Shown: positions 20,499 through 30,245, counted from the stretch's first letter. The stretch is 64,000 bases of DNA from Candidatus Binataceae bacterium (GCA_035531615.1 DATKSQ010000132.1:18926-82925); one strand, 5' to 3'. Numbers and translations are program-made. The notes: generated by a model from the letters alone, not told the origin.

Positions 20499-20935
20499 TG
20501 CGCCGCAATCGCCGCAGAATTTCTCGCGCGGCTCGGTGGCGGCGCCGCATCACGGGCATTTCGCCGCCAGAGGAGCGCCGCATTCCACGCAGAACTTGCG
20601 TCCGTCCCGATTATCGCTCCCACATTTCGCGCAGCGCATCGCCTTGCCCCCGGCCCGAGAAGATCGGCTCACGTTCTAGCACCGAAGGTTCGGATCGGGC
20701 CAGCATGCTGCGCGGCGGTGGAGTGCTCGGGTATGCGGAGCAACGCCGTTTGTCTTTCGTTTGATTATATGGCTCCTACAACGCTCCGAATCTCGCGCTT
20801 GGTCTTTAACATCAAGTTACGCGGGATATCCGCGCGCATATGCTCTGCGCGGCGGCGATTATAGCTCGCTGTCAACAAAATTAGCTCGTTGTGGCTTTCT
20901 GGTCATGAGATCGATTTTCCTGATAGATCAATGGG

Positions 20936-23362
20936 ATGGCGAATCAAAGGGGGATACGCCACGGCGATGATCGTCATCTGATCGGCCTTGAACCGGCGGC
21001 GCCGGAACGGGCCGATCTGGAACTCGAACCGCGCGAGCATACCGTCGCGTCGTTCGAGATGACGCGCGCCGCGGAGCGGTCCTGGGGAATTCTCAATCGC
21101 GCCAGTGGCGCTCCGGCGGGCGCGATGTTCTGGATCACGGGCCCGGCCGGATCCGGCAAGACTCATTTTCTAAACTACGTGCTGGCGCTCGAGAGCCGCG
21201 CGGCCACACCCGCCGCCGAGCCGGGACGCCATCTGGTGTGTGGCTTCGAGCTTGCCGGACGAATTCTTTCCCGCGAGATCGAAGCGTTTTTGCTCGAGAC
21301 TCTGGCCGAGCAGCTTGGCGCCGAACGCGAGAGCCTTTCGCTATGGCGCGAGATGCGGGGCGCTGACGCGATCGCGATGGCGATGGAGCACGCGCGGCGC
21401 ACGGGGGTGCGCGCGCTCACGATCGCGATTGACTTCAGCGCCTCGGAGGCCGAGCCGCCGCCGGAGTATTTCGCCGCGCTCGCTAATCTGGCGCGCACCA
21501 GCAGAATCCTGCGCTTGACCATTATCGGCGCAAGCCGGGCGCGTCCGCCCGAGGCCGCGATTGCGCTTTCGGTGGCGCCCGCGAATCGCGACGAGTTGAT
21601 GCGCGTCGCGATCGCCCGCGGCCGCGTCGCGAGCGGCGCGGCGCAGGAGTTGATTCACGAGCTGTATGCGGGTGTGGATACGCGAGGCTTTGATCCTCAC
21701 GCGATTTTTCCGTTTCATCCGCTGACGGTCCGCGCGCTGGGCGAACTTGCCGATCCTCCCGGCACCGTCGGCGCCGCCGCGCGCCTTGCGCGCGAGGCGC
21801 TTGCCTCTGAGCTCGATAGTGGAGCCGGAACCCCCGTGCGGCTGATCTACTGCGCGGACCTGATGGACAGTCTCGCGATCGCGCGGCGTATCGAGGCGCG
21901 GATGGGTGAGGCGGGACGCGCCGCGCTGCGGACGGTACTGGATGCGCTCGCGATGTTTCACGGCAACGAAAGGATGCTGGCGCGCGAGATCGTGCATGCG
22001 CTCGCGATCGAGTACACGCTCGGCGACGTATCGCCACAGACTTTTGCACAGCTCGAAATGCGCGTGCCGATGCTGGCGGGGGACAGCGTGGGCGCAGCCG
22101 CCGGCGCTCCGGCCGTGGCGGAGATTCTTCGCCGGCTCGAGGGCCGCACCGCGGGCGCCGTGCGCGCCGATCGATCCGGTGCGGCGATCTTCGACCCTGC
22201 CGCCGCGCTCGCGCCGGAAGTAGCGCGGTTCAACGCGGCGCTGCCGCTGCTCGCGCGCTTCGATCCGGCGCTCGAACCCGCGCGGGACGCGGACTCGAGG
22301 CAAGCTTGCGCCGCCGCACTGGCCGAGACTCTGGCCGCCGCGGTTGAAGCCGCGAGCCGGACCGGAGCCACGCTGGCCGCGGCGCTCGCCGAGGCCCATC
22401 TTGCGCTTGGCGCCGAGCAGGCCCGCGTGCTCGAAGATTATGCGGCGCTCGCCGAAGCGGGGGTCGACAGACTAATCGAATTCGCCGCCGATCCGGCGCG
22501 GCGCGAAGCCGCGCTCAAAACCATTTCCTTATACGAAGGCCTGGAAGCCGCCGCCGAGGTTGCGCCGCGGATGCGCGCGATGCGCGAGTTCGCCGAAGCG
22601 ACCGGCTTGCGGATCCCCGACGAGGACCATTCGACGCACGACCCGCGCGTCGCCGCGCTCGAGACCGAATGCCATCTGTTACTCGCCGAACTGGCGCCCC
22701 GCAAGTTGACCGGCGCTCCGGGCGGACTGGACGCGCTCGAGGCGCGCTTCCAGAAATTCAAGTGGACCTACGTCGCGCTCTACCGCGGCCTTCACGGCGC
22801 GTGGAAAACCGAGATGGATCGGGTCGCCATGCTGGCCGACGACGCGCGCCGCCGGCTCGACGCGCTGGCCAGGCTCGACGCGATAGGCGCGCTGGGACCC
22901 GCGCTCGGCTCCGCATATGCGGCGCAGTTCGAGGAATTACACCGCCGAGTGACCGCCTGCGAGCGCGGCGGCTCGGGCCGCTTCGAGGTCACGCCGCGCT
23001 GCGAAGGATGCGGCTATGTCATCGGCACGCCGTCGCCGCGCGCCGAACTCGAGGATCTTGCCGAGCGGCTCGATCGCGCGCTGCACGTCAAGCTGGCCGC
23101 GCTCTCGCATAGCGCGATCGCGCGCCTGGTCCGCGAGCACGATCGATCGCATCGCCTCGACGGATTTCTCAAAATAATCCAGGCCGCCCAGACCGACGCG
23201 CTCGCCCGCGTGCTCGATGACAAGCTCGCGCGCTATCTCGCGCGCCTGCTCGACGAAAACCTGGGCGCGGAGAGCGGCCTCGTCGAACTCAAAGCGCTCG
23301 GGAATCCCTCACCGGCCAAGAGCGCGGAACTGCGAGCGGCGCGCCGCCGGGTACATCGCTAG
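20936..23362 (+). CDS. Large Ala-rich P-loop NTPase, hypothetical (ORC/STAND-like)
   Basis: 808 aa. Walker A ITGPAGSGKTHFL near the N-terminus, possible Walker B LTIAIDFS, a long helical region and a C-terminal CEGCGY pair. Divergent from the cyclase gene. Confidence 0.65.
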   Translation: MANQRGIRHGDDRHLIGLEPAAPERADLELEPREHTVASFEMTRAAERSWGILNRASGAPAGAMFWITGPAGSGKTHFLNYVLALESRAATPAAEPGRHLVCGFELAGRILSREIEAFLLETLAEQLGAERESLSLWREMRGADAIAMAMEHARRTGVRALTIAIDFSASEAEPPPEYFAALANLARTSRILRLTIIGASRARPPEAAIALSVAPANRDELMRVAIARGRVASGAAQELIHELYAGVDTRGFDPHAIFPFHPLTVRALGELADPPGTVGAAARLAREALASELDSGAGTPVRLIYCADLMDSLAIARRIEARMGEAGRAALRTVLDALAMFHGNERMLAREIVHALAIEYTLGDVSPQTFAQLEMRVPMLAGDSVGAAAGAPAVAEILRRLEGRTAGAVRADRSGAAIFDPAAALAPEVARFNAALPLLARFDPALEPARDADSRQACAAALAETLAAAVEAASRTGATLAAALAEAHLALGAEQARVLEDYAALAEAGVDRLIEFAADPARREAALKTISLYEGLEAAAEVAPRMRAMREFAEATGLRIPDEDHSTHDPRVAALETECHLLLAELAPRKLTGAPGGLDALEARFQKFKWTYVALYRGLHGAWKTEMDRVAMLADDARRRLDALARLDAIGALGPALGSAYAAQFEELHRRVTACERGGSGRFEVTPRCEGCGYVIGTPSPRAELEDLAERLDRALHVKLAALSHSAIARLVREHDRSHRLDGFLKIIQAAQTDALARVLDDKLARYLARLLDENLGAESGLVELKALGNPSPAKSAELRAARRRVHR

Positions 23363-23479
23363 CGCCCTCGGCCGGCGGACGATCTCACGGTTGGAACCGG
23401 GCGCTGATGCGCGGCGCTCGCGCGAAGAGCGGCTTGACGCGATCAGGGCTGGGAGGGGAAACCATCCCCCGCGAAGTGG

Positions 23480-23740
23480 TCAGCTCTGGCTGACGCGCTG
23501 TTTCTTGGGCTGGCCGGGCGGAAAGGCGCTCGCGCGCCGGTTGCGCCGCGGCTTCACGCCCATCGCGTCGAGCGCCCTGAAGTACACGTTGCGCGCGATT
23601 TCGAGTCCCCACAGCAGCCCGAGTCCGAGCGTAACGCCAATGCCGCGAGCAACTTCCTTCAGGAAGTTGCCGACGGGCAGGCGCTCGGTATTCATCTTGA
23701 CGGCAGCCGGTTCCGGAGTGTTATCCATTACCTTCCACAT
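23480..23740 (-). CDS. Small hypothetical membrane protein
   Basis: 86 aa with one hydrophobic segment GIGVTLGLGLLWGL. Weak evidence. Confidence 0.3.
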   Translation of the reverse strand: MWKVMDNTPEPAAVKMNTERLPVGNFLKEVARGIGVTLGLGLLWGLEIARNVYFRALDAMGVKPRRNRRASAFPPGQPKKQRVSQS

Positions 23741-23856
23741 TAAGTACCGCGCCGCCCTCGATCAACAGCTCCGCGCCGCCCCGTAATAGAGCGGACGCCG
23801 GAGCTGAATTGCCCCGGCGCCCGCACGTTCATATAAACTCAACCGCGAAGGCGTGA

Positions 23857-24711
23857 TCAATGCGCCGGCGGAGGCGGCGGTGGTGGCGGCAGTGGCGGCA
23901 GCGGAGATGCCGAACCAGCGGGTGAGCCTCCGGTCGGGACCGCGCTGGAATTGTCGGACGAAACCGCGGGCGGCGGCAGCGTCAGCGTCACGTTGTCGAA
24001 ACGCGCCTGCGAATCGTCGCTCGCCCATAGCCCGATGCGGCCCTTGGCGATTTTGCTGTCGTCAAAGTCGTAGATCATTTTGTTGTCGTCGTAGCACCTG
24101 AAATTGCCGACCTGCGCGACGACCTTGATTTTGTACCAGGTGTCCTTGTCGGTCGGCACCACGGTCTGCTTGAGCACCTCGAGCTTGCCGGCGGTCATCC
24201 GCGAGAGCTGGAAGAAGTCACTCGGGCATCCGGCCGTCAGCAGATAGAAGTTCTTCGAATCCACATAGCGAAAGATGATTCCGCCGGAACAATCGAAGGT
24301 ACCACCCGCCGACTTGAACGACGCCTCGAGCGTGAAGTCCGAATACTCTGTCGGGTCGGTTATCACCGTCATCGGGTAATACTGTAACGCGTTCAGCAGC
24401 GATTGCATCATGCGCCCCGGCGGCAGTCCGTAGGTGTTGGGCTGGCTGGGCGCGCTCGGATCAGGAATCACCTGCCAATCGCCCTCGACCGCGGTCCATT
24501 GCGCGGCCGGCGCCCCCGCCTTGTCCTGATCGAAATTCCACGTTTTGACTATTGGGGTCGCGGTGGCGGTGGGAGTGACGGTTGGCGTTGCCGTCGGCGC
24601 TACCTTCTTTTTTCTCGCTCTCGACCATGCGGCCGGACTCGTCAGCGCCATGGTGAAGGCAACTCCCGCCACGACCACGACGATGCTCTTGAGCCATGTT
24701 TTCCCTGCCAT
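23857..24711 (-). CDS. Secreted concanavalin-A/LamG-like (DUF1080-like) domain protein with Pro-rich C-terminus
   Basis: Signal peptide, a Thr/Pro linker, the GGIIFRYVDSKNFYLL jelly-roll-like motif, and a C-terminal PPLPPPPPPPP tail. Confidence 0.5.
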   Translation of the reverse strand: MAGKTWLKSIVVVVAGVAFTMALTSPAAWSRARKKKVAPTATPTVTPTATATPIVKTWNFDQDKAGAPAAQWTAVEGDWQVIPDPSAPSQPNTYGLPPGRMMQSLLNALQYYPMTVITDPTEYSDFTLEASFKSAGGTFDCSGGIIFRYVDSKNFYLLTAGCPSDFFQLSRMTAGKLEVLKQTVVPTDKDTWYKIKVVAQVGNFRCYDDNKMIYDFDDSKIAKGRIGLWASDDSQARFDNVTLTLPPPAVSSDNSSAVPTGGSPAGSASPLPPLPPPPPPPPAH

Positions 24712-24982
24712 CTTCTATCCTCTCTCCGCCCTTATGTTCGAGGCGATTTCAAGCCGGTTATACAACGAGGTAATCGGCGCGAGTTTCGCTAATGAATGGC
24801 GCTCCTGTCAAGGAAGGATCGGCGCTAGCGCCCAACGCCGGGGCGATCTCCCGAGGCCGTCGAGATCGAATGATCCGTCGTGCGTTGGCCGTAATTATTA
24901 TATTCGCTTTTTTTTCGCTATACCTATTTTGCGAATAGATTGAAAGATTCACAACATCCGTCTCGCGGTTTGCTTGACTCTA

Positions 24983-25022
24983 GTGGTGAGGAGTGGGAGA
25001 TTGTGGGGCATTCGGGAGGAGT
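24983..25022 (+). promoter_or_regulatory. Putative MraZ operator: GTGGG-type direct repeats at 10-bp spacing overlapping the mraZ RBS
   Basis: The repeats are gtggtgagga | gtgggagatt | gtggggcatt | cgggaggagt. TTGACT at 24974-24979 is a possible -35. Confidence 0.5.
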
Positions 25023-25025
25023 ACG

Positions 25026-25475
25026 GTGTTCAGCGGTCGATTCGACCATGCGATCGACGAAAAGGGACGCGTCAGTATCCCGGCGCGATTCCGTGACGTG
25101 CTTGCGCGCGAGCAGCACGACCGTCTTTTCATCACAAATAATTTTTACAATCGCGAGCGCTGCCTCGATGTGTATCCTCCGCTCGAATGGGATCAGTTGC
25201 TAGCGAAGGTTGCCACGCGCAATCGCTTTGAGCCGGCGATCCAGAAATTCGAAACGTTTTATATCGGCGGCGCGTACGAGGTTCCGGTCGATCGCCAGGG
25301 GCGCATTTTGATTCCGACCCGGCTGCGCGAATTCGCCCGGCTCGCGCGCGAGGTTACCTTTTCCGCGCTGCGCGATCATTTTCAGTTGTGGGACAAAACG
25401 GTGCTCGAGGGTGTGCTGCGGGCAAACGAGGCGGAGGTTCAGGATCCCGTCTTTTACGAGAAGCTTGGTTTGTAG
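25026..25475 (+). CDS. mraZ: Transcriptional regulator MraZ
   Basis: Two MraZ repeats (FSGRFDHAIDEKGRVSIPARFR and VPVDRQGRILIPTRLR). GTG start. Confidence 0.9.
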   Translation: MFSGRFDHAIDEKGRVSIPARFRDVLAREQHDRLFITNNFYNRERCLDVYPPLEWDQLLAKVATRNRFEPAIQKFETFYIGGAYEVPVDRQGRILIPTRLREFARLAREVTFSALRDHFQLWDKTVLEGVLRANEAEVQDPVFYEKLGL

Positions 25476-25481
25476 GGCCTG

Positions 25482-26402
25482 ATGAGTCTGGCGGTGAAAC
25501 ACGACGGCGGCGCGGCGGTCCGGAGGCATGTGCCGGTGATGGTGGCGGAGGTGCGCGACTTGGTTGCCGCGCACGGACCACGCGTCGTCGTTGATGTTAC
25601 GTTGGGGATGGCGGGTCACGCCGCCGCGGTTCTTGCGGCGACTGAGGCACGGCTGGTTGGGATCGATCGCGACGCCGACGCGCTCGAGTCGGCGCGCGAG
25701 CGGCTGGCGCCATTCGGCGACCGGGTGATTTTGCGCCCGGGCGATTTCGCGGATCTGGCGCGGGTCCTGGCGGATTGCGGGCTCGGGCAGGTGGACGCGA
25801 TCGTGGCGGACCTCGGGATGTCGAGTTTCGCGCTCGACGATCCGGCGCGCGGCTTCAGCTTTCGCTTCGAGGGTCCGCTCGACATGCGGATGGATCGCAC
25901 GCAGGGCCTGCGCGCCTACGATCTGGTCAACGAGGAATCGGAGTCCGATCTGGCCGATATCATCTTCAACTTCGGCGAAGAGCGCGCCTCGCGCCGGATC
26001 GCGCGTGCGATCGTCGAGGAGCGGCGCAGCCGTCCGATCGAGACCACCGTGGAGCTGCGCGCGATCGTCGAACGCGCGCTCGGGCCGCGTCGCCGCGCGG
26101 GAGCGCATCCCGCGACCCGCACATTTCAGGCGCTCAGAATCGCGGTGAACCGCGAGATGGATAGTCTGGCCGCACTGCTGCGCGACGCGCCGGGGATGCT
26201 CGCCGAGCACGGCCGGATGATCGTGCTGGCGTACCATTCGCTCGAGGACCGCGCGGTCAAGGAACGGTTCCGCGAACTCGCCCGCTCGGGTGATTACACC
26301 GCGATTACCGGCAAGGTGCGCAAGCCGCAGCGCTCCGAAATTCTGAATAATCCGCGTGCGCGCAGTGCGCGCCTGCGCTGTATCGAAAGGAGCGCGCGAT
26401 GA
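25482..26402 (+). CDS. rsmH: 16S rRNA (cytosine1402-N4)-methyltransferase RsmH
   Basis: MraW family motifs DVTLGMAGH and a SAM-methyltransferase fold. Position after mraZ. Confidence 0.9.
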   Translation: MSLAVKHDGGAAVRRHVPVMVAEVRDLVAAHGPRVVVDVTLGMAGHAAAVLAATEARLVGIDRDADALESARERLAPFGDRVILRPGDFADLARVLADCGLGQVDAIVADLGMSSFALDDPARGFSFRFEGPLDMRMDRTQGLRAYDLVNEESESDLADIIFNFGEERASRRIARAIVEERRSRPIETTVELRAIVERALGPRRRAGAHPATRTFQALRIAVNREMDSLAALLRDAPGMLAEHGRMIVLAYHSLEDRAVKERFRELARSGDYTAITGKVRKPQRSEILNNPRARSARLRCIERSAR

Positions 26403-26686
26403 ACCGGCGCGCGCGTCCCGCCAATCCGCCCTCGCCGATCGTGGCCGGAGTCCTGATCGTCGCGGTGGCCGTGCTCGGTTTCACCACGCTGATGATCCGG
26501 CTCGAGGCAACCCGCGAGGGCTACCGGCTCTCCGCGCTGCGCGAGGAGATCGCCAAACTCGAGGATCAGAACCGGACCCTGCGGCTCAAGAGCGCGGAAC
26601 TGGCATCGCACGACCGGCTGCGCGCGCTCGCGCCGCGCTACCATCTTGGGCCGCCCGCCAACGGACAGGTGGTGATGATCCCATGA
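26399..26686 (+). CDS. ftsL: Cell division protein FtsL-like
   Basis: 95 aa, single TM plus coiled coil, between rsmH and ftsI. Overlapping start/stop codons. Confidence 0.6.
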   Translation: MNRRARPANPPSPIVAGVLIVAVAVLGFTTLMIRLEATREGYRLSALREEIAKLEDQNRTLRLKSAELASHDRLRALAPRYHLGPPANGQVVMIP

Positions 26687-28737
26687 ACAATGCGTTCAGG
26701 CAGCGCCGCTCGCGGGTGGGATGGCTGACGCTTGCGCTCGCGTCACTGTTCGGGATGGCGGTGCTGCGCCTGATCGTGCTGGTCGAATTCGACGGACCGC
26801 GGCTGTCCTCGCTGGCCAACAGCGAGCATACCGGCGAGACCGAGCTCGCCGCAGTGCGCGGCCCGATTGTCGATCGCAATGGAACCCCGCTCGCGCTGTC
26901 GGCGGAGACCCGCTCGGTCTATGCACGGCCGCATCGGGTGCTCGAGACGACCTCGGCGCGCGAGCGCGCAAAGCTGGCAGCCGCGCTCGGGATGAGCGCA
27001 GGCGCGCTGGAGGCAAAACTTGCCGGGCGCGCGCCCTTTGTGTGGCTCGTGCGGCGCGTGCCTGCTGATACCGCGCAGGCGGCCGAAGCACTCGGAATCG
27101 AGGGCGTCGGCGCGCTCAGCGAATACAAACGCTTCTACCCGGAGAGCAACCTGGCCGCGGCGGTGGTCGGGCTTGCGGGGATGGACGGCCAGGGGCTCTC
27201 CGGCCTTGAACTCGAATACAACAAGCTGATTCGCGGCGCTCCGGTCGAGCTGAGCTTCTACCACGACGCACTCGGTCATCCGATTTTCGACAGCCCCCTC
27301 GAACTCAAAACGCCGGAGCCGGGCGCGCAGCTTGAGCTCACCATCGATTCCTCGATCCAGTCGCTGGCCGAGACCGAGCTGGCCACCGAGGTCGAGCAAA
27401 GCGGCGCCAAGCGCGGCGCCGCGATCGTACTCGATCCGTTCACCGGCGAAGTGCTGGCGATGGCCAACGTGGGAGCCGACCCCGCCAACGTGCATGACCG
27501 CTTGCACAACACCGCGGTGCAGGATTCGTTCGAGCCGGGCTCGACCATGAAGGGAGTCCTGGGCTCGGTCGCGCTGGCCGACGGCGCGATCACGCTCGAC
27601 CAGCAGATCTACTGCGAAGAAGGACACTGGACGATCGACCGGCGCACGATCCACGACGACAGCAAGCACGGCTCGCTCGATCTGGCCGGCATCATCGAGG
27701 TCTCGTCCAATATCGGCGCGGCGAAGGTCGCGCTCGCACTCGGCGCGGACCGCTACTACCAGGGCATGCGCGCGTTTGGAATCGGGCTTAGGACCGGAAT
27801 CGATCTTCCCGGAGAAGCCAGCGGACTCGTCATGAAGCCTTCGACCTGGCGCGAAATCGATCTTGCAAATCACGGCTTCGGGCAGGGCGTCGCGGTGACC
27901 CCGATCCAGCTTGCGACCGCGTACGCCGCGATCGCCAACGGCGGATTGGTCGTGCGCCCGTACGTGGTGAAGACCGCGTCCGACGCGCAGGGCAACGTGA
28001 TTGTGCGCCATACGCCGCAGGTGATGCGCCGCGCGATTGCGCCCGAGATCGCGCATCAGATGAACCTGCTCTTGCGCAACGTCGTCAACGGACCCAACGG
28101 CACCGCCCATCGCGCCAAGGTCGAGGGCTTTATCGTCGCGGGCAAGACCGGGACCGCGCAGATGGTGAATCCGGCGGGCGGCTACTATCAGAATCGGCAC
28201 GTGTGCTCGTTCGTCGGGTTTCTGCCCGCCGACGATCCGCGGCTGGTGATCCTGGTAGTGCTCTACGACGTCGGACACGGCCATTTTGGCGGCCTGTACG
28301 CGGCGCCGGTGTTCAGCGAGATCGCATCCGGCGCGGTGCGCGATCTGAATATCAGTGCGCCGGGCGGCAGCTACGATGTCGCCGGCATGATTCCGATGCC
28401 GGGTGGTTCCGCGAGCGCGGCCGGCGCTCTGACAAAGGTATCCGCCCCCGATGCCGGCGACCAGATTCCCGCGCTGACCGGCACCGGCACTCCGCTGACG
28501 CCGAATTTCGCGGGCATGAGCCTGCGCCGCGCACTTTTGGTCGCACGCCGAATTGGAGTCACCCTCGAAGTGAAGGGCGGCGGCTATGTGGTCGGACAGG
28601 ATCCCGCGCCTGGCGCTCCGCTGAGCCACGCTGCGGTTCATCTGACGCTGGCCGCGGTGCAGGCTGATGCGCCGCCCGTGGTCGCGGTGGCGGCGTCCCG
28701 GCACTCAGGTCCGGCCACGCCGGGGGGAGCGATGTGA
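26683..28737 (+). CDS. ftsI: Peptidoglycan D,D-transpeptidase FtsI (PBP3) with C-terminal PASTA-like domain
   Basis: N-terminal TM, PBP dimerisation and transpeptidase motifs (STMK, KTGTA). ATG at 26683 overlaps the ftsL stop. Confidence 0.9.
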   Translation: MNNAFRQRRSRVGWLTLALASLFGMAVLRLIVLVEFDGPRLSSLANSEHTGETELAAVRGPIVDRNGTPLALSAETRSVYARPHRVLETTSARERAKLAAALGMSAGALEAKLAGRAPFVWLVRRVPADTAQAAEALGIEGVGALSEYKRFYPESNLAAAVVGLAGMDGQGLSGLELEYNKLIRGAPVELSFYHDALGHPIFDSPLELKTPEPGAQLELTIDSSIQSLAETELATEVEQSGAKRGAAIVLDPFTGEVLAMANVGADPANVHDRLHNTAVQDSFEPGSTMKGVLGSVALADGAITLDQQIYCEEGHWTIDRRTIHDDSKHGSLDLAGIIEVSSNIGAAKVALALGADRYYQGMRAFGIGLRTGIDLPGEASGLVMKPSTWREIDLANHGFGQGVAVTPIQLATAYAAIANGGLVVRPYVVKTASDAQGNVIVRHTPQVMRRAIAPEIAHQMNLLLRNVVNGPNGTAHRAKVEGFIVAGKTGTAQMVNPAGGYYQNRHVCSFVGFLPADDPRLVILVVLYDVGHGHFGGLYAAPVFSEIASGAVRDLNISAPGGSYDVAGMIPMPGGSASAAGALTKVSAPDAGDQIPALTGTGTPLTPNFAGMSLRRALLVARRIGVTLEVKGGGYVVGQDPAPGAPLSHAAVHLTLAAVQADAPPVVAVAASRHSGPATPGGAM

Positions 28738-30245
28738 AGCTCGCCGAGCTACTCGCGGGACTCGATGGACGAATTGAAGGCGATGCCGCAGTGGAGATTT
28801 CAGGGCTCAGCTATGACTCGAGGACGGTGGCGCCCGGTCATCTGTTCTTTTCACTCGCGCGCGATCCGGAGCGCTCGCGCGCCAACTTAACTGACGCATT
28901 TAACCGCGGCGCCGGGGCGATGGTGGTGGGGATTGGTGGAAGTGTGGACGCCCGGCCCGCGGTGACCGTTGTCGAGAGCGCGCGGCCGCGCCTGTTGATG
29001 GGCGCGGCCGCGGCGCGTTTTTATGGTGCGCCCAGCGAGCGCCTCGATCTGATCGGAATCACCGGCACCAGCGGCAAGACCACGACGAGCTATATACTCG
29101 CTTCGATCTTCGAGGCGGCTGGCTATCCGGCCGGCATTATCGGCACGGTTGGAATTTTCATCCGCGCAAACAAGATCTACAGCGGGCTGACGACACCGGA
29201 GTCGATCGATATCGAATCCGCGCTGGCCCGGATGGAGCGCGAGGGCGTGCGCCACGTCGCGGCGGAAGTGTCTTCCATTGGACTCGCCGAGGGGCGGGTT
29301 GACGCGCTCAACTTCCGCGCCGCGATGTTCACCAACCTGGGCCGCGACCATCTGGACTACCACGGCACGCCCGAAAATTATTTCGCGGCGAAGCTCCGGC
29401 TGTTCACCGGGATTCTCGCGCGTAGCTGCCGCAGTGACGCATTCGCGGTCGCGCGCGGCGACGACCCGTACGGGCGCCGGGTGCTCGACGCCGTGACAAC
29501 CCGCAAAGTCAGCTTCGGACTCGCGCCCGGACTGGACGTTTATCCGCGCGATTTTTCGATTGGCGCGGATGGAATTCGCGCGGCGATCGTCGCGCTCGGA
29601 AAAAAAATTGAACTCACTTCGCCGCTGCTGGGCGAATTCAACCTGATCAATATCCTCGGGGCCTGCGCCGTGTCGGTGGCCCTGGGCATCGAACCGGAGG
29701 CGGTGGCGCAAGGGGTGCGGCGATGCCCAGGGGCCCCCGGCAGGATGGAGGCGGTCGCGGCGCGCGCAGGCGTGCTGACGATAGTTGATTACGCGCACAA
29801 GCCCGACGCGCTCGAGGCGGTGCTCGAAGCCGCGCGCAAATTCACCCGCGGGCGGGTGCTCTGCGTGTTCGGATGCGGCGGCGACCGCGACCGCGGCAAG
29901 CGCCCGATCATGGGCGCGATCGCGGCGCGGCTTTCCGATCTGCCGATCATCACCTCCGACAATCCGCGCAGCGAAGATCCGAACGCGATCATAAGCGAAA
30001 TCGAAGTTGGACTTCGCGACGCTATGAAAGAAGAGCCGGGCGCGTGCGCCCGCGACTTTCGCGTCGAGCCCGACCGCCGTGACGCGATTGCGCTCGCGCT
30101 CGGCATCGCCGCGCCCGGCGACACCGTGATCGTCGCCGGCAAGGGCCACGAGACCTATCAACAGATTGGCGCGCGCGTGATCGAGTTCGACGATCGCGCG
30201 GTAATTTTTCAGATTGCCCTCGAGCGCGGCTACCGGAAGAATTGA
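28734..30245 (+). CDS. murE: UDP-N-acetylmuramoyl-L-alanyl-D-glutamate--2,6-diaminopimelate ligase MurE
   Basis: Mur ligase motifs GITGTSGKTTT, a DNPR-like motif and others. 503 aa. Confidence 0.9.
   Translation: MKLAELLAGLDGRIEGDAAVEISGLSYDSRTVAPGHLFFSLARDPERSRANLTDAFNRGAGAMVVGIGGSVDARPAVTVVESARPRLLMGAAAARFYGAPSERLDLIGITGTSGKTTTSYILASIFEAAGYPAGIIGTVGIFIRANKIYSGLTTPESIDIESALARMEREGVRHVAAEVSSIGLAEGRVDALNFRAAMFTNLGRDHLDYHGTPENYFAAKLRLFTGILARSCRSDAFAVARGDDPYGRRVLDAVTTRKVSFGLAPGLDVYPRDFSIGADGIRAAIVALGKKIELTSPLLGEFNLINILGACAVSVALGIEPEAVAQGVRRCPGAPGRMEAVAARAGVLTIVDYAHKPDALEAVLEAARKFTRGRVLCVFGCGGDRDRGKRPIMGAIAARLSDLPIITSDNPRSEDPNAIISEIEVGLRDAMKEEPGACARDFRVEPDRRDAIALALGIAAPGDTVIVAGKGHETYQQIGARVIEFDDRAVIFQIALERGYRKN

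Noticed and set aside
20550-20552. In-frame TGA as a selenocysteine codon
   Set aside because: No SECIS-like element is evident nearby, and the aligned residue in the paralog is Lys, not Cys. It is kept only as a low-probability alternative in the finding.
17223-20639. Pycsar/CBASS-type cyclic-nucleotide defence cyclase
   Set aside because: The cyclase is the class III signalling type fused to an AAA-TPR STAND module. That architecture is widespread in regulatory proteins. No CD-NTase or PycC-like standalone enzyme or effector is adjacent.
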